A DNA stretch of 64,000 bases from the NCBI GenBank assembly GCA_040756875.1, contig JBFLYH010000001.1, positions 704,001 through 768,000 of the forward strand, read 5' to 3'. The notes under the pieces are model-generated. The model searched no databases. It was given only the letters and a program-made list of their open reading frames with translations, and was not told the DNA's origin. How positions within the stretch are numbered: position 1 is the stretch's first letter; each line of letters begins with the position of its first letter. This stretch comes from a candidate division FCPU426 bacterium (GTDB lineage Bacteria > Oederibacteriota > JAAXVQ01 > JAUVAV01). A program made the position numbers and the translations under genes. Shown here one piece after another: positions 9,753-19,926 of this stretch.

Positions 9753-11585
9753 ATGAATATGCCTGATGTCCTTCCTGACTACCAATGGCTCCTGACGACG
9801 CCTTCGGCCGAACATTGGCGGCGTATCGGCATCCAGCGCCGCGCGGGCCTGGTTCTGCCTTTGTTTTCAATCCGTTCCAGGCAGAGCGTGGGTATCGGTG
9901 AATTGACGGATTTGCCTTTGGTGGTTGACTGGTGCCTTTTATCCGGCATCAGCCTTCTCCAATTGCTGCCATTGAACGACGTCGGCTTCAACTTCACACC
10001 CTACGATGCGCAAAGCTCCCTGGCTCTGGATCCCATGTACCTGGGATTAACCCAATTGGAAGAAGTGCCGGCCAGCCGGTTTGCCCCACAAATCGAAGAG
10101 TTGCGCAAACGGTTTCCCGGCCGGGGACCACGGGTTGACTACGAGATTAAAAAAGCCAAACTGGAACTGCTGCGGAGCATCTTTCAATCCCAATCGTGGG
10201 AAGCGAGCTGGGCGTTTGACGATTTCAAGCGACAGTGCGCGGGTTGGCTGTCGGATTACGGCTGCTTCAAGTTGTTGAAGACGAGAAACCACGAACAACC
10301 TTGGTGGGACTGGCCTGTGGAGTTCCGTAGAAAAAACACCGATGCGGTTCGGGCTTTTTGCTGTGAACAAGCCCTGGAACTGGAATTTCACGCCTGGCTG
10401 CAGTGGCAGTTGTTCGAACAGTTCAGGAAAGTCAAGGCGTACGCCCAAAACCACGGCATCTTCGTCATGGGGGACATTCCGTTTCTGGTCTCGCGGGATA
10501 GCACGGATGTTTGGGCGCATCAGGATTACTTCAAACAGCATCTTTCCGCCGGCGCGCCGCCGGATATGTACCATGCCGAAGGCCAGCGGTGGGGAATGCC
10601 GCCCTATGACTGGGAAGCCATCGCCGCCAGCGGATACGATTATCTGATCGAAAAACTGCAATACGCCCAGAATTTTTACGACCTTTTCCGGATCGACCAC
10701 TTCATCGGCATTTTCCGGATCTGGACTTTCCCGGCCGACGGCAACGGCCAGGGCGCATTCGATCCGAGCGACCAGGAACGCTGGGAAGCGCATGGGACGG
10801 CCTTGTTGCGCATTATGCTGGCGCACACACGGATGCTTCCTTGCGCGGAGGATTTGGGCACGGTTCCCGACTGTTCCTACCGGGTTCTCAAGCAATACGG
10901 CATCGTCGGCATGGATATCCAGCGTTGGGAGCGCGATTGGGAGCGGACATTTGAATTCAAGCCGGCTGAAACCTACCGGATTCATTCCATGGCCATGATC
11001 GCCACCCACGACATGCTGGACCTGCGGGGCTGGTGGGAGCACGAAGCCGGAACTATCGAAGCCGGCGTATTCAAACGCAAATGCCGGGACCGAGGGTTGG
11101 AAGTCGGCCCTATTATGGAGAAAGCCTTCAGGTCTCCAAAAGCGGATTCGGAACGGCTGCGCTGGCACCGGCAACTCCGTACGCGGGAAGACTGGCTGGC
11201 CATCCTCGGGCGTCCGGAACAAGAAGTGAAGGATCTGCTCGATCTCTATTCGGGCACGGTTTCGGAAAAAGAGTTGTATTGGAAATATCTGGGTTTGCCG
11301 GGCGAAGCGTCCGAGGCATTTACGCCCGCCCTGGCTGAAGCCGCGCTTTTAAAAATCAATCAGACCTCTTCGGTCTTTTCACTGCAACTGCTGACGGACT
11401 GGCTTTCCATGACGGATTTTTTTAAGGACTGCAGTTCTTTGGATTGCAGGGTCAACCGGCCCGGAACCATCAGCGCGGACAATTGGAGCTTGGTCATGCC
11501 GTTCACACTGGAGGAGCTATTGGAAAATTCCGTTCACCGGCGCATCCGGCGCATCCTCGAGCAAACCGGGCGGGTTTCCGCATGA
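9753..11585 (+). CDS. malQ: 4-alpha-glucanotransferase (amylomaltase, GH77)
   Basis: LQLLPLND, MGDIPFLVSRDSTDVW, GAPPD, GQRWGMPPY, FRIDH, AEDLG, ATHD, NRPGT...NW. Start approximate. Confidence 0.95.
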   Translation: MNMPDVLPDYQWLLTTPSAEHWRRIGIQRRAGLVLPLFSIRSRQSVGIGELTDLPLVVDWCLLSGISLLQLLPLNDVGFNFTPYDAQSSLALDPMYLGLTQLEEVPASRFAPQIEELRKRFPGRGPRVDYEIKKAKLELLRSIFQSQSWEASWAFDDFKRQCAGWLSDYGCFKLLKTRNHEQPWWDWPVEFRRKNTDAVRAFCCEQALELEFHAWLQWQLFEQFRKVKAYAQNHGIFVMGDIPFLVSRDSTDVWAHQDYFKQHLSAGAPPDMYHAEGQRWGMPPYDWEAIAASGYDYLIEKLQYAQNFYDLFRIDHFIGIFRIWTFPADGNGQGAFDPSDQERWEAHGTALLRIMLAHTRMLPCAEDLGTVPDCSYRVLKQYGIVGMDIQRWERDWERTFEFKPAETYRIHSMAMIATHDMLDLRGWWEHEAGTIEAGVFKRKCRDRGLEVGPIMEKAFRSPKADSERLRWHRQLRTREDWLAILGRPEQEVKDLLDLYSGTVSEKELYWKYLGLPGEASEAFTPALAEAALLKINQTSSVFSLQLLTDWLSMTDFFKDCSSLDCRVNRPGTISADNWSLVMPFTLEELLENSVHRRIRRILEQTGRVSA

Positions 11586-11887
11586 GGAGCGACTCACGGT
11601 CCGGTGTAAAGACCGCGCAACGTCTCCTCCGCTGGGCGGGAGTCTGCTTGCTTGCCTTGCAACTGCAACTTCCCGCGGTTTGGGCCGCCACCACTGTGCA
11701 GGAAAACGTCCCGCCAAAGCGGGCTCAGGTTTCCATCCTCAATATCGCGCTTTTTTATGCCGGCGTGATCGGCGCCGTGATCGGCGCCTGCACCGGCTGG
11801 GTCAATTGGATCGCTGCGCCGCGATGGGACGCCCCCCAGAATGCCCCGCTGGACGAACCTGAACTTAAACCCACCCCAAAACCCTGA
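11582..11887 (+). CDS. Small hypothetical membrane protein
   Basis: ATGA overlap with the malQ stop; signal-like segment plus one TM helix. Confidence 0.6.
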   Translation: MRSDSRSGVKTAQRLLRWAGVCLLALQLQLPAVWAATTVQENVPPKRAQVSILNIALFYAGVIGAVIGACTGWVNWIAAPRWDAPQNAPLDEPELKPTPKP

Positions 11888-11944
11888 ATCATGCCGCCAT
11901 TCGCGCGCCCGGACCTGCAGCGCCGTTTGGTTATTTGTGCTCCC

Positions 11945-12946
11945 ATGCGTAACCTGCGAACCTTTGGGATAGCAGTGGCCGTTTTTATAATGTGGAGCAG
12001 TACCGCGAGCGCCAATCCGTCGCAGGGCCGGACGGCATCGGAACTTGAAAACCCCTACAGTTGGGAGGAATCCGAACATCCCGGAACCGCCGGTCAGGAA
12101 TCCGCCCATCCCCGGCCCACTCCGCCCGGTCCGCCCACACCCACGCCTGATTCGTCACGTCAGGATTCTTTTTATGAAAGGTATTTTAGGAAGGGGAAAC
12201 GGATCGAGGGGCCTGATTTGCCCACCTTGCCCAGCACACCGCGGCCGGTTCCGACCATCGCCGTGAAACAAACGACGCCTGTCAGTCCGGCCGACCGTCA
12301 GGCAGAGGAGATTGCCTCTTTGATGCAGGATTTGGTCGCCGAACCCCATCGCCGCCAGGCGGCGGTTGAGCGGCTGTCCATGATCGGAGCCCCGGCGGTT
12401 CCGGCCCTTCGGCGCGCTTTGCAGAATCCCTATAAATTCGCCCGCATCGGCGCCTTGGAGGCTTTGGGATATATCCATTCCCAGGAAGCGCTGCCTGATA
12501 TCCTGCGTTGTCTGAAGGACAAGGAGGAAAACGTGAGGGCCGAAGCGTTGAAGACGCTGGCGCGTTTACGCCACCGGACGGCGGTTTCCGCCATTGCTGA
12601 AAGGCTGGCGGACCCGCAACCGCGGGTCCGAAGGGAGGCGGTGCTGGCCTTGGGACGAATCAAAGGGTCCGGGGCCCAAGCGGCGTTGATCACGGCGGCC
12701 AGGAGCAACCTGCCCGAGATCCGGGGAATGGCTTGCGAAGAGTTGTCCGCCTTTCCGACATCCGAGAGCGTCCAGACGCTTTTGGAGGCCACCGCGGATT
12801 CCGACCGCGAAACCCGCCTGGCTGCCATCCGGTCCTTGGGCGACATCGGAGACCCGGCGGCCAGGGCGCGCCTGCAGACGCTAGGCCGCGACCAGGACCG
12901 CATGGTGCGCCAAGCCGCCCAACAAGCTTTGGAAAATCTGGAATGA
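11945..12946 (+). CDS. Exported HEAT/PBS-lyase repeat protein with a Pro-rich N-terminus
   Basis: Signal peptide, PT/PP-rich linker, repeated L.D....VR..A..AL..I units. Confidence 0.85.
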   Translation: MRNLRTFGIAVAVFIMWSSTASANPSQGRTASELENPYSWEESEHPGTAGQESAHPRPTPPGPPTPTPDSSRQDSFYERYFRKGKRIEGPDLPTLPSTPRPVPTIAVKQTTPVSPADRQAEEIASLMQDLVAEPHRRQAAVERLSMIGAPAVPALRRALQNPYKFARIGALEALGYIHSQEALPDILRCLKDKEENVRAEALKTLARLRHRTAVSAIAERLADPQPRVRREAVLALGRIKGSGAQAALITAARSNLPEIRGMACEELSAFPTSESVQTLLEATADSDRETRLAAIRSLGDIGDPAARARLQTLGRDQDRMVRQAAQQALENLE

Positions 12947-14085
12947 CCCAACCCTTCGTCCAACCTGAATTTATTTCCGCCCAAACGGATTGGGACGATT
13001 TGGCCAAGCGCCTGACCGGCGCCAAGCACTTGGCTTTGGATCTGGAAAGCAACGGATATTTCCGTTATCCTGAGCGGATCTGCCTGCTGCAAATCGCCGT
13101 CGAGGAAGGGATCTATCTGGTTGACACACTGACCGTGCGCGATCTTCGGGCCCTGGGATCGCTGCTCAACGACGCTCACTGCCTGAAAATCATGCACGCG
13201 TGCGACAACGACCTGCGCGTGCTTGACCGCGATTACGGCTTTCGCGTCCGCTCCGTTTACGATACGGCGGTGGCCGCCCGTTTCACCGGGCTTGACCGTT
13301 TGGGCCTGGCCACCGTCCTCCAAACGGTGTTGGGAATCGAATTGCCGAAATCCAAAGCTCTGCAGCGGCAGGACTGGACCCTCAGGCCCCTGGCAAAGTC
13401 ATCGCTTGAATACGCCGCAGGCGATGTGGCCTATCTCTTCGACCTGCAGGCCGAACTGAACCAGCGGTTGCAGGCCTTGGGGCGCTCGGAATGGGTCCGG
13501 GAAGAATGCGAACGGATGGAAGCCATCCGCCGCGCTCCCGAAACCAGACCGGAGGATCTTCTGTGGTCAATATCAGGAAGCCGGAGCCTGACAAATCGCG
13601 AACGCGCGGTTCTGCGGGAACTGGTGATGTGGCGCGACCGTCTCTGCCGCCAGGCGGACCGTGTCCCTTTCCGTGTCGTCAGTGACGAAGTCCTCCTCGG
13701 CCTTGCCCGCGACCCCAAACAGGACTTTCAAGCCCTCAAAGAGCTTAACGCGGTCCGCGCCCTGGGTGCGCTTTCTTCGCTCCGGCAGGCGCTGAATCAG
13801 GGGCGCACGGCCCCGCCGATCCCCCTGCCTGCAACCCAGGCAGGGCGGCGGCAGCGGAGGTCGCCTGCTTTTCTTCGCCGTCTTAAGGAATTAAAAGCCT
13901 GGCGGGTGTCTAAAGGCAAGGCGCTGGGATTGGATCAAGCCGTGATTTGGCCGCTGCCCAGCCTGGAACGAATGGCTGAAAATCCAAGCCTGGAGACGCC
14001 GAACGGGGAAGTACGCCAATGGCAACATACCGAGTTTTCGCGGGAAGTGGAACATTTGTTGCGTGTCTGGGAGGGGGAATCCTAG
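12943..14085 (+). CDS. rnd: Ribonuclease D (DEDDy exonuclease plus HRDC)
   Basis: LALDLE, CLLQI, HACDNDL, YDT, DWTLRPL...YAAGDV and HRDC-like WRDRLCRQADRVPFRV; ATGA overlap with the upstream gene. Confidence 0.9.
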   Translation: MTQPFVQPEFISAQTDWDDLAKRLTGAKHLALDLESNGYFRYPERICLLQIAVEEGIYLVDTLTVRDLRALGSLLNDAHCLKIMHACDNDLRVLDRDYGFRVRSVYDTAVAARFTGLDRLGLATVLQTVLGIELPKSKALQRQDWTLRPLAKSSLEYAAGDVAYLFDLQAELNQRLQALGRSEWVREECERMEAIRRAPETRPEDLLWSISGSRSLTNRERAVLRELVMWRDRLCRQADRVPFRVVSDEVLLGLARDPKQDFQALKELNAVRALGALSSLRQALNQGRTAPPIPLPATQAGRRQRRSPAFLRRLKELKAWRVSKGKALGLDQAVIWPLPSLERMAENPSLETPNGEVRQWQHTEFSREVEHLLRVWEGES

Positions 14086-14135
14086 TCCGGCTGCGGCCGA
14101 AGAACCATCCGGGATCGCGGAAAAGGGGCTAACCC

Positions 14136-14780
14136 ATGAAACGAAACGTCATGCTGCGGGTCATCTTGAAAAGTGCGATGTTCTGTGCCTGCTGGTCGCT
14201 CGCCATAGGGGTTGCCCTCATGGGACCGACAGGGTGGGCGGCCCAAACAGCGGAAAGGAACGTTCGTCCCGCCGATGCGGAACGGTCCTTCCTTTTATCG
14301 TCCAATCTTAAGGAGTGCATCCGGATTTCAAACCTGACGTTGACGCAAAACGGAAAAGAACTGGAATGGTACGAACAAACCGGGACGGAAGAACGCCGTG
14401 AAAATCTCAGGCAGCGGCCTATTCTCAAACCGGTGGATCCGAACGGACTCTTCAGCCGCGGCCGTGAAATCGTCGCCCGGGTGGAACGCGGGCAGGAGAT
14501 GCGTCTTGCGCTCGCCTTGGAGAAGGCGGGTTTGGACGCAGCGAAAGGCGAATTAGTCAGACGACCGGTGGTTGACCTTTATTATTATATGACTCCAGGC
14601 CAGGATCGCGAATACCATGCGGCCGATTCCGGAGGGGCCTACCGCATTCTTATTCCGCCGAGACCCTACTGCCGCCAGGTGCGCTGCCAGATCCGGTCGG
14701 GGAACGAGCGCCATGAACTGATCCTGGTGTTCATGAACCGGCGCCTGCCGGTCACGCTCCAAGCCGGGGCCCGGGAGTGA
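14136..14780 (+). CDS. Hypothetical exported protein
   Basis: Signal peptide; collinear with neighbours; no motif recognised. Confidence 0.65.
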   Translation: MKRNVMLRVILKSAMFCACWSLAIGVALMGPTGWAAQTAERNVRPADAERSFLLSSNLKECIRISNLTLTQNGKELEWYEQTGTEERRENLRQRPILKPVDPNGLFSRGREIVARVERGQEMRLALALEKAGLDAAKGELVRRPVVDLYYYMTPGQDREYHAADSGGAYRILIPPRPYCRQVRCQIRSGNERHELILVFMNRRLPVTLQAGARE

Positions 14781-14869
14781 TTTTTTTGCAGACAAACCGC
14801 CCTGGTTCTGTGTAAAACCTTTCTTATCTAGGTTTCCTTCGTTTACAAGCGAGAAAGCGAGGTTTGGCC

Positions 14870-15793
14870 ATGGACGTTTTTCAGCTGGATATGGGGAAGT
14901 ACATGCAAAACTTCTTGGATTTCATCGTCACCGCGGGCCCGAAAATTCTGCTGACCCTGTTTCTGTTTTCCCTTCTCAATGTGGTGGTGAAATACCTCGT
15001 CCGGACCGTTGAAAATTTGTTTTTCAAACGGCTTTCCAAGAAAAACGCCGACCAGCAAACGGTGGACGAAGAATTGAAAAAGCGCCTGCAAACCATCATC
15101 AATCTCATGCGCAAGACGATTTACGCGGTGCTGTGGGTGATCGCCGGGCTGATCGTCCTTTCGCAGCTGGGAATCAACATCGGGCCTTTGGTCGCCACGG
15201 CGGGCGTCCTGGGGCTGGCCGTCAGTTTCGGGGCGCAGAGCCTGATCAAGGATCTGATCAGTGGCTTGTTCATCATCCTGGAAAACCAAATCCGGCTGGG
15301 CGACGTGGCTATCATCAACGGCACCGGCGGTTTGGTGGAATCGATCAACTTGCGCACGATCATCCTGCGGGATCTGGCGGGCGTGGTGCACGTCTTTCCG
15401 GCCGGGTCGATCAACACCATCGCCAACATGACCTTGGGCTGGTCGGCGTACGTGTTCGACATCGGCGTAGCCTACAAGGAAGACACGGATAAGGTTTCCC
15501 AGGTCATGACAGAGGTTTTGGAGGAATTGAGGGTCGACGAGCGCTTCGGCCCGATGATTCTGGAACCGTTGGAACTGTTCGGGGTGGATGATTTCGCGGA
15601 TTCGGCCGTGGTGATCAAAGCCCGCGTCAAAACCAAGCCGTTGAAGCAATGGGATGTCGCCCGGGAATACCGGCGCCGTTTGAAGAAGGCCTTTGACGCC
15701 CGCGGCATCGAGATACCTTTCCCGCATATGAGCCTGTATTTCGGGGAAGCCAGCAAAGCATTCCGCGTTCTCCAGGAACCAGCAGGGCGTTGA
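14870..15793 (+). CDS. Small-conductance mechanosensitive channel (MscS family, YbiO-like)
   Basis: AGVLGLAVSFGAQSLIKDLISGLFIILENQIRLGD, G.VE.INLR, GIEIPFP. Confidence 0.93.
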   Translation: MDVFQLDMGKYMQNFLDFIVTAGPKILLTLFLFSLLNVVVKYLVRTVENLFFKRLSKKNADQQTVDEELKKRLQTIINLMRKTIYAVLWVIAGLIVLSQLGINIGPLVATAGVLGLAVSFGAQSLIKDLISGLFIILENQIRLGDVAIINGTGGLVESINLRTIILRDLAGVVHVFPAGSINTIANMTLGWSAYVFDIGVAYKEDTDKVSQVMTEVLEELRVDERFGPMILEPLELFGVDDFADSAVVIKARVKTKPLKQWDVAREYRRRLKKAFDARGIEIPFPHMSLYFGEASKAFRVLQEPAGR

Positions 15794-15808
15794 AACCGTG
15801 CTTTGGGT

Positions 15809-15837
15809 TTGACAGGGGAGGGGAACATCGATAGAAT
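15809..15837 (+). promoter_or_regulatory. Sigma70 promoter for the glutaredoxin/FTR pair
   Basis: TTGACA, 17 bp, TAGAAT; AAGGAGG RBS before ATG 15858. Confidence 0.75.
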
Positions 15838-15857
15838 ACCCAGCCAAGGAGGCGGAC

Positions 15858-16106
15858 ATGAGACTGAAGTTTTATTCCCTTTCGACCTGCATCTGGTGCC
15901 GCAAGACCAGGACTTACCTGGATGAAAACAACATCAGCTACGCGGAAGTCACGGTGGATAAACTGACGGGCGGAGAACGCGAAGAAGCCCTGCGGGAGCT
16001 TGCCCGGTTCAATCCCAATAAAAGCTTTCCCACCTTGGTCTTCGAGAACGGAAAAATCGTGATCGGATACAAGCCGGACGATATTCGGGACGCGTTGAAG
16101 AAATAA
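15858..16106 (+). CDS. Glutaredoxin/NrdH-like redoxin
   Basis: CIWC active site, SFPTLV cis-Pro motif, IGY; 82 aa. Confidence 0.9.
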   Translation: MRLKFYSLSTCIWCRKTRTYLDENNISYAEVTVDKLTGGEREEALRELARFNPNKSFPTLVFENGKIVIGYKPDDIRDALKK

Positions 16107-16110
16107 ACCC

Positions 16111-16551
16111 ATGGAACCCGAGCGGATTGCCCGGCTGCGCACAACGCTGGAAAAACGCCGCGGATACTCGCTCAATCCCGATTCGGACATGACGGACGCC
16201 CTGTTGGATGGGTTGTTGGTCAACACCGATAGGTACGGATATGCTTTCTGCCCCTGCCGCCTGGCTTCCGGGACCTACGAACAGGACCGGGATCTGATCT
16301 GCCCCTGCAATTACCGCGATCAGGACGTAAACGAATACGGAGCCTGCTATTGCGGGCTGTATGTCAGCCAGGAGGTGGTCATGGGCAAGAAAAGCGTTGA
16401 ATCCATTCCGGAACGGCGCGGAGCGCCGTCGTCCCCCCTCCAGCTCTGGCGGTGCCAGGTTTGCGGTTATCTCTGCGTGCGCCCCCACCCGCCCAATGTC
16501 TGCCCCATCTGCGGCGTTTCACACGATCGTTTCGAAGCTTATAATCTCTGA
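16111..16551 (+). CDS. Ferredoxin:thioredoxin reductase catalytic-subunit-like protein with a C-terminal rubredoxin-like domain
   Basis: CPCR, ICPC and CYCGLY, followed by WRCQVCGY...CPICG. Confidence 0.9.
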   Translation: MEPERIARLRTTLEKRRGYSLNPDSDMTDALLDGLLVNTDRYGYAFCPCRLASGTYEQDRDLICPCNYRDQDVNEYGACYCGLYVSQEVVMGKKSVESIPERRGAPSSPLQLWRCQVCGYLCVRPHPPNVCPICGVSHDRFEAYNL

Positions 16552-16574
16552 ACATCCCGCCTTATGCTCGCGTC

Positions 16575-16603
16575 TTGACAGCCCTCCGGGCTTACGCTAA
16601 CAT
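16575..16603 (+). promoter_or_regulatory. Putative sigma70 promoter
   Basis: TTGACA, 17 bp, TAACAT, upstream of the GGAGG RBS of ORF 16636. Confidence 0.65.
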
Positions 16604-16635
16604 GAATAAATCTATGTTCTCCTGGGGAGGATAAG

Positions 16636-16959
16636 ATGTCCCGGAAATGGCACGGAATCGCTTGGGTGATGCTCGTGAGTCTGCTTTCCGGCTGTGTTAC
16701 GATCGGCCGCCCCGTTCCTTGGGAAGCGGCTTCCCAGATTGTGGTGGGGAAAACCACCCGCGCGGAGATAGAACAACGGCTGGGTCCTCCGTACCGCACC
16801 GGCCTGGATTCCGGAAACCCTTCGGTTACCTATTTGCACTACCGTTTGGGGCTGTTTTCCCAGCCCATCACCACGGATCTGACGGTCGTATACATGCCAG
16901 ACGGCCTGGTCAAGTCGTATACCTTCAACACCAACCAGAGCCAGAACGAGGAAGAATAA
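16636..16959 (+). CDS. Lipoprotein with a BamE/SmpA-like domain
   Basis: Lipobox LSGC; IVVGKTTRAEIEQRLGPP motif. Confidence 0.75.
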   Translation: MSRKWHGIAWVMLVSLLSGCVTIGRPVPWEAASQIVVGKTTRAEIEQRLGPPYRTGLDSGNPSVTYLHYRLGLFSQPITTDLTVVYMPDGLVKSYTFNTNQSQNEEE

Positions 16960-16987
16960 GCGCGGGGGATTTCGGGGAGGTTTCAAA

Positions 16988-18220
16988 ATGGCCAGCTCTT
17001 TACATCCGCTTCTGACGGCGAGATATGTCGCCGGCTACAGGACCATGGCGTTCTCCGGAGCCTGGGGCAGGTGGCAGACCGATCCGGCGCGCGTCCAGGC
17101 CGAATTCCACCATGATCCAGGGTGCATGCTGCCCAACGGCGAACACGACATCGCTTCGGTTTACATGCCGGTGGTAGGGCCTTACGATTCCGGAGATCCG
17201 GATTTGTGCGAGTACCATATTCTGCTGGCCAAGAGCGCCGGCCTGGACGGGTTCCTGGTCGACTGGTTCGGCCCGGAAATGTCCGTATCCGAGGTGCAGA
17301 ACGAAGCGCAAGTCCAGGCGCTGCTGCATATGGCCGAGAAGCTTGATTTCAAGATCGCCCTTTCCTTTTTCGACCGTTCCTGTTTCCCGCCCATGCGTCC
17401 TGCCGTAAAAGACCGCCAGCAGGCAGTGGCGGCAGCGCACGACGCCCTGCTTCACGCCCAAAACAAATATTTTTCGTCCCCTGCGTATCTTCGCTGGCAG
17501 GGCAGGCCGCTGTTGGCGCTCCAAAACCAGGGCCCGGCTGGTGCCGACTGGTCGGCGCCGCATTTTTCGGCCGCAGAATGGGATCAAATCCGCACGGGAC
17601 TCAAGGAAAACATCTTCCTGATCCAAAATTATCACCCCGGAATGTCGGAAGCGGATTTTACCGTCTGGGACAGCGTATATCCCGATCTGCCCACCTACCT
17701 GGGGGAATATGACACGGATGAGAAATACTGGGAAAAATGCGCGCATGCGCTGGGTAAAAACCGGTATCAGCTCATCAGCGGCATGGTGACGCCGGGATAC
17801 GATGACCGGGGTTGCGGCGGCCGCGACCTGAACAAGCCCCAGGTTTTCTCCCGCCGTCAGGGTGAAAAGTATTCGGCGACCTGGGAAGACAATCTGAACC
17901 ACGGCGCCCAGTTCATCCAAATCGGCACGTGGAACGATTTCAACCTGGGGACGGGCATTGAACCCGTGAAGGAACTTCTGCTGCATAAAAACGCCGCCGT
18001 GCCGGGGTGGGGTTACCGTGAATTGCTCACGACCCGCGAGTATACGCTTCGTTTCCGCCAGCACAAACTGTGGCCGCTGCCGGCGATCTTCCTACCCGAA
18101 CGCCTTTATCGGCTGCGCAAAAGCGGCGCCCCCACCACCCGCGGAGACCGGATTCGTCTCTATTTGTTGGAAGGGGACATCACCGGTTCTTCTTTGGGGC
18201 TCGAACATGCGGGGGTTTGA
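16988..18220 (+). CDS. GH99/GH71-like glycoside hydrolase domain protein
   Basis: Y.P..GPYDSGDP...H...AK.AG.DGF..DW, PGYDD and TWNDF..GT.IEP. Confidence 0.7.
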   Translation: MASSLHPLLTARYVAGYRTMAFSGAWGRWQTDPARVQAEFHHDPGCMLPNGEHDIASVYMPVVGPYDSGDPDLCEYHILLAKSAGLDGFLVDWFGPEMSVSEVQNEAQVQALLHMAEKLDFKIALSFFDRSCFPPMRPAVKDRQQAVAAAHDALLHAQNKYFSSPAYLRWQGRPLLALQNQGPAGADWSAPHFSAAEWDQIRTGLKENIFLIQNYHPGMSEADFTVWDSVYPDLPTYLGEYDTDEKYWEKCAHALGKNRYQLISGMVTPGYDDRGCGGRDLNKPQVFSRRQGEKYSATWEDNLNHGAQFIQIGTWNDFNLGTGIEPVKELLLHKNAAVPGWGYRELLTTREYTLRFRQHKLWPLPAIFLPERLYRLRKSGAPTTRGDRIRLYLLEGDITGSSLGLEHAGV

Positions 18221-18312
18221 CCCGGTTCGTTCGGGCATGCGATGAACGGCCGTTCATTCATGAAAACGTCAGTAACGATTCATCCTGCGAGCAGAATCCG
18301 GAGCCCGCTGAT

Positions 18313-19926
18313 ATGATGCCCACTTCCACCCCGCGATCCGTCCTTCGGCACGCCGCCTTACTGGCTGCGTCAATCGGGTTCCTGTTGTCGGCCGCGCCTG
18401 GCCGGGCCGCGGTGTATGAAAAATACATCCTGGTGGTCCCGCTGCGCCCTGCCAATGCCGCCGCGCAAAAGCAAGCCTGGTTCGGCCCGGCTTTTCGCAC
18501 CGCCCTCCAACAGGCCGCCCTGTCCATGCAGACCCTGGTTTTCTTGAAGGATGATGAATTATCGGCCCTGCAAAAGGAATTCGGGTTCGGCGCGGGAGAA
18601 CCGGAACCCGGCCAAATGGAACGGGTGGCGGACAGCAAGGAAATCGCCGTGCTTCACGGCAGCTACCGCCTGGAAGGAGACAGCCTGGTCGTTGAATGCC
18701 AGGTGATCGCCGGCAGAAACGTCGAAGGCAGGACCTTTAAAGTGGCAGGGTCCACGCGGGCCCTGCGTCCGCTTTTCTCGAGTATCTGGGAGCAAGTCTG
18801 CAAAAACCTCAACCTGACCGTTACGGAAAGGGAAGCGGAGCTGTTAAAGCTTATTCCCGGAACTGATTCGTGGGCCGCGCTGGAAGCCTACCAGCAGGCG
18901 TGGGTGGCAGCCGGCGCAAATCCAGAAAGCTCAGAAGCCTGCCGGGCCGCGCTGCCGCATCTGGAACGGTCTTTGAAGCAGGATCCGAAGTTCGTTCCAG
19001 CTCTGGCCCTGCGCAGCGAATGCCTGTGGACCTTGGACGGCCCCCGGGCGGCGACAGCCAAAAAAGGCTCGCGGCCGCCGGCGATGCGCGATCTGGACCG
19101 CTGCCTTAAACTGCAACCCGAAAACCCGCTGGTGATGAATGCGCACGAACGCTTTCTGATCGATCAAAAAGCCTACGAGGAAGCAAGGGTCGAAGGCGAA
19201 AAAAACCTTTCCCTGTATCCCACCAATTACCGGAACTACCTTCAGCTGGCCGAGGCTTATCGCCGTTTGAAACGCGTCCCCGACGCCGAACGCCTGTTGA
19301 TTTCCGGTCTGGACCAACAGGGCACGGATTTTCAAAAAATGCCCTTCAACCTTTCTCTCGGCCTGCTGCTTTTGAAAAGCAAGGACGAGCATGCCGAGAT
19401 CTACCTGCGGGACGTGCTGAAGCTGATCCCGAAAAACGCCAAGCTGAGATACCTCCGGGCCGGGGCCTTGTACCGTTTGCAGCGGTATCTGGACGCCATG
19501 CACGAGGTTCAGCAGGCCGAAGCCGTCAAAAGCTGGGCGGAATTATTGAAACTCAAGGCGCTGATCGCCACGGCGCTGGGCAACCGGTTTTATGAAGAGG
19601 GGGATTTCGACCGCGCCTACTCCTATACCACCATCGCCATGAATTTGCGGCCGAATCATTTCGAGGTGCTCCTGTTGCTGGCCAAGGTCATGCGAAAAAA
19701 GGGCTTCCATGAACAGGCGCGCCAGCAACTGGATGCCGCCCAACGCGCGGCCCGGAAGAGCCATCCCAAGGATCATATGTGGCTGGGCACTGAATACGTG
19801 GCGCAGGGATTCCGCGACGAGGGCGCCAAGGAGTATACCCTCTATCTGAAACTCAACCCCAAAGCGCCGGAACGCCGCCGTCTGATTTCGCTGATCCGAC
19901 AACTTCAGGGCGAAACCGATGAATGA
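18313..19926 (+). CDS. Exported TPR-repeat protein
   Basis: Signal peptide ending PGRA, N-terminal alpha/beta (TolB-N-like) region, many TPRs. Confidence 0.8.
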   Translation: MMPTSTPRSVLRHAALLAASIGFLLSAAPGRAAVYEKYILVVPLRPANAAAQKQAWFGPAFRTALQQAALSMQTLVFLKDDELSALQKEFGFGAGEPEPGQMERVADSKEIAVLHGSYRLEGDSLVVECQVIAGRNVEGRTFKVAGSTRALRPLFSSIWEQVCKNLNLTVTEREAELLKLIPGTDSWAALEAYQQAWVAAGANPESSEACRAALPHLERSLKQDPKFVPALALRSECLWTLDGPRAATAKKGSRPPAMRDLDRCLKLQPENPLVMNAHERFLIDQKAYEEARVEGEKNLSLYPTNYRNYLQLAEAYRRLKRVPDAERLLISGLDQQGTDFQKMPFNLSLGLLLLKSKDEHAEIYLRDVLKLIPKNAKLRYLRAGALYRLQRYLDAMHEVQQAEAVKSWAELLKLKALIATALGNRFYEEGDFDRAYSYTTIAMNLRPNHFEVLLLLAKVMRKKGFHEQARQQLDAAQRAARKSHPKDHMWLGTEYVAQGFRDEGAKEYTLYLKLNPKAPERRRLISLIRQLQGETDE

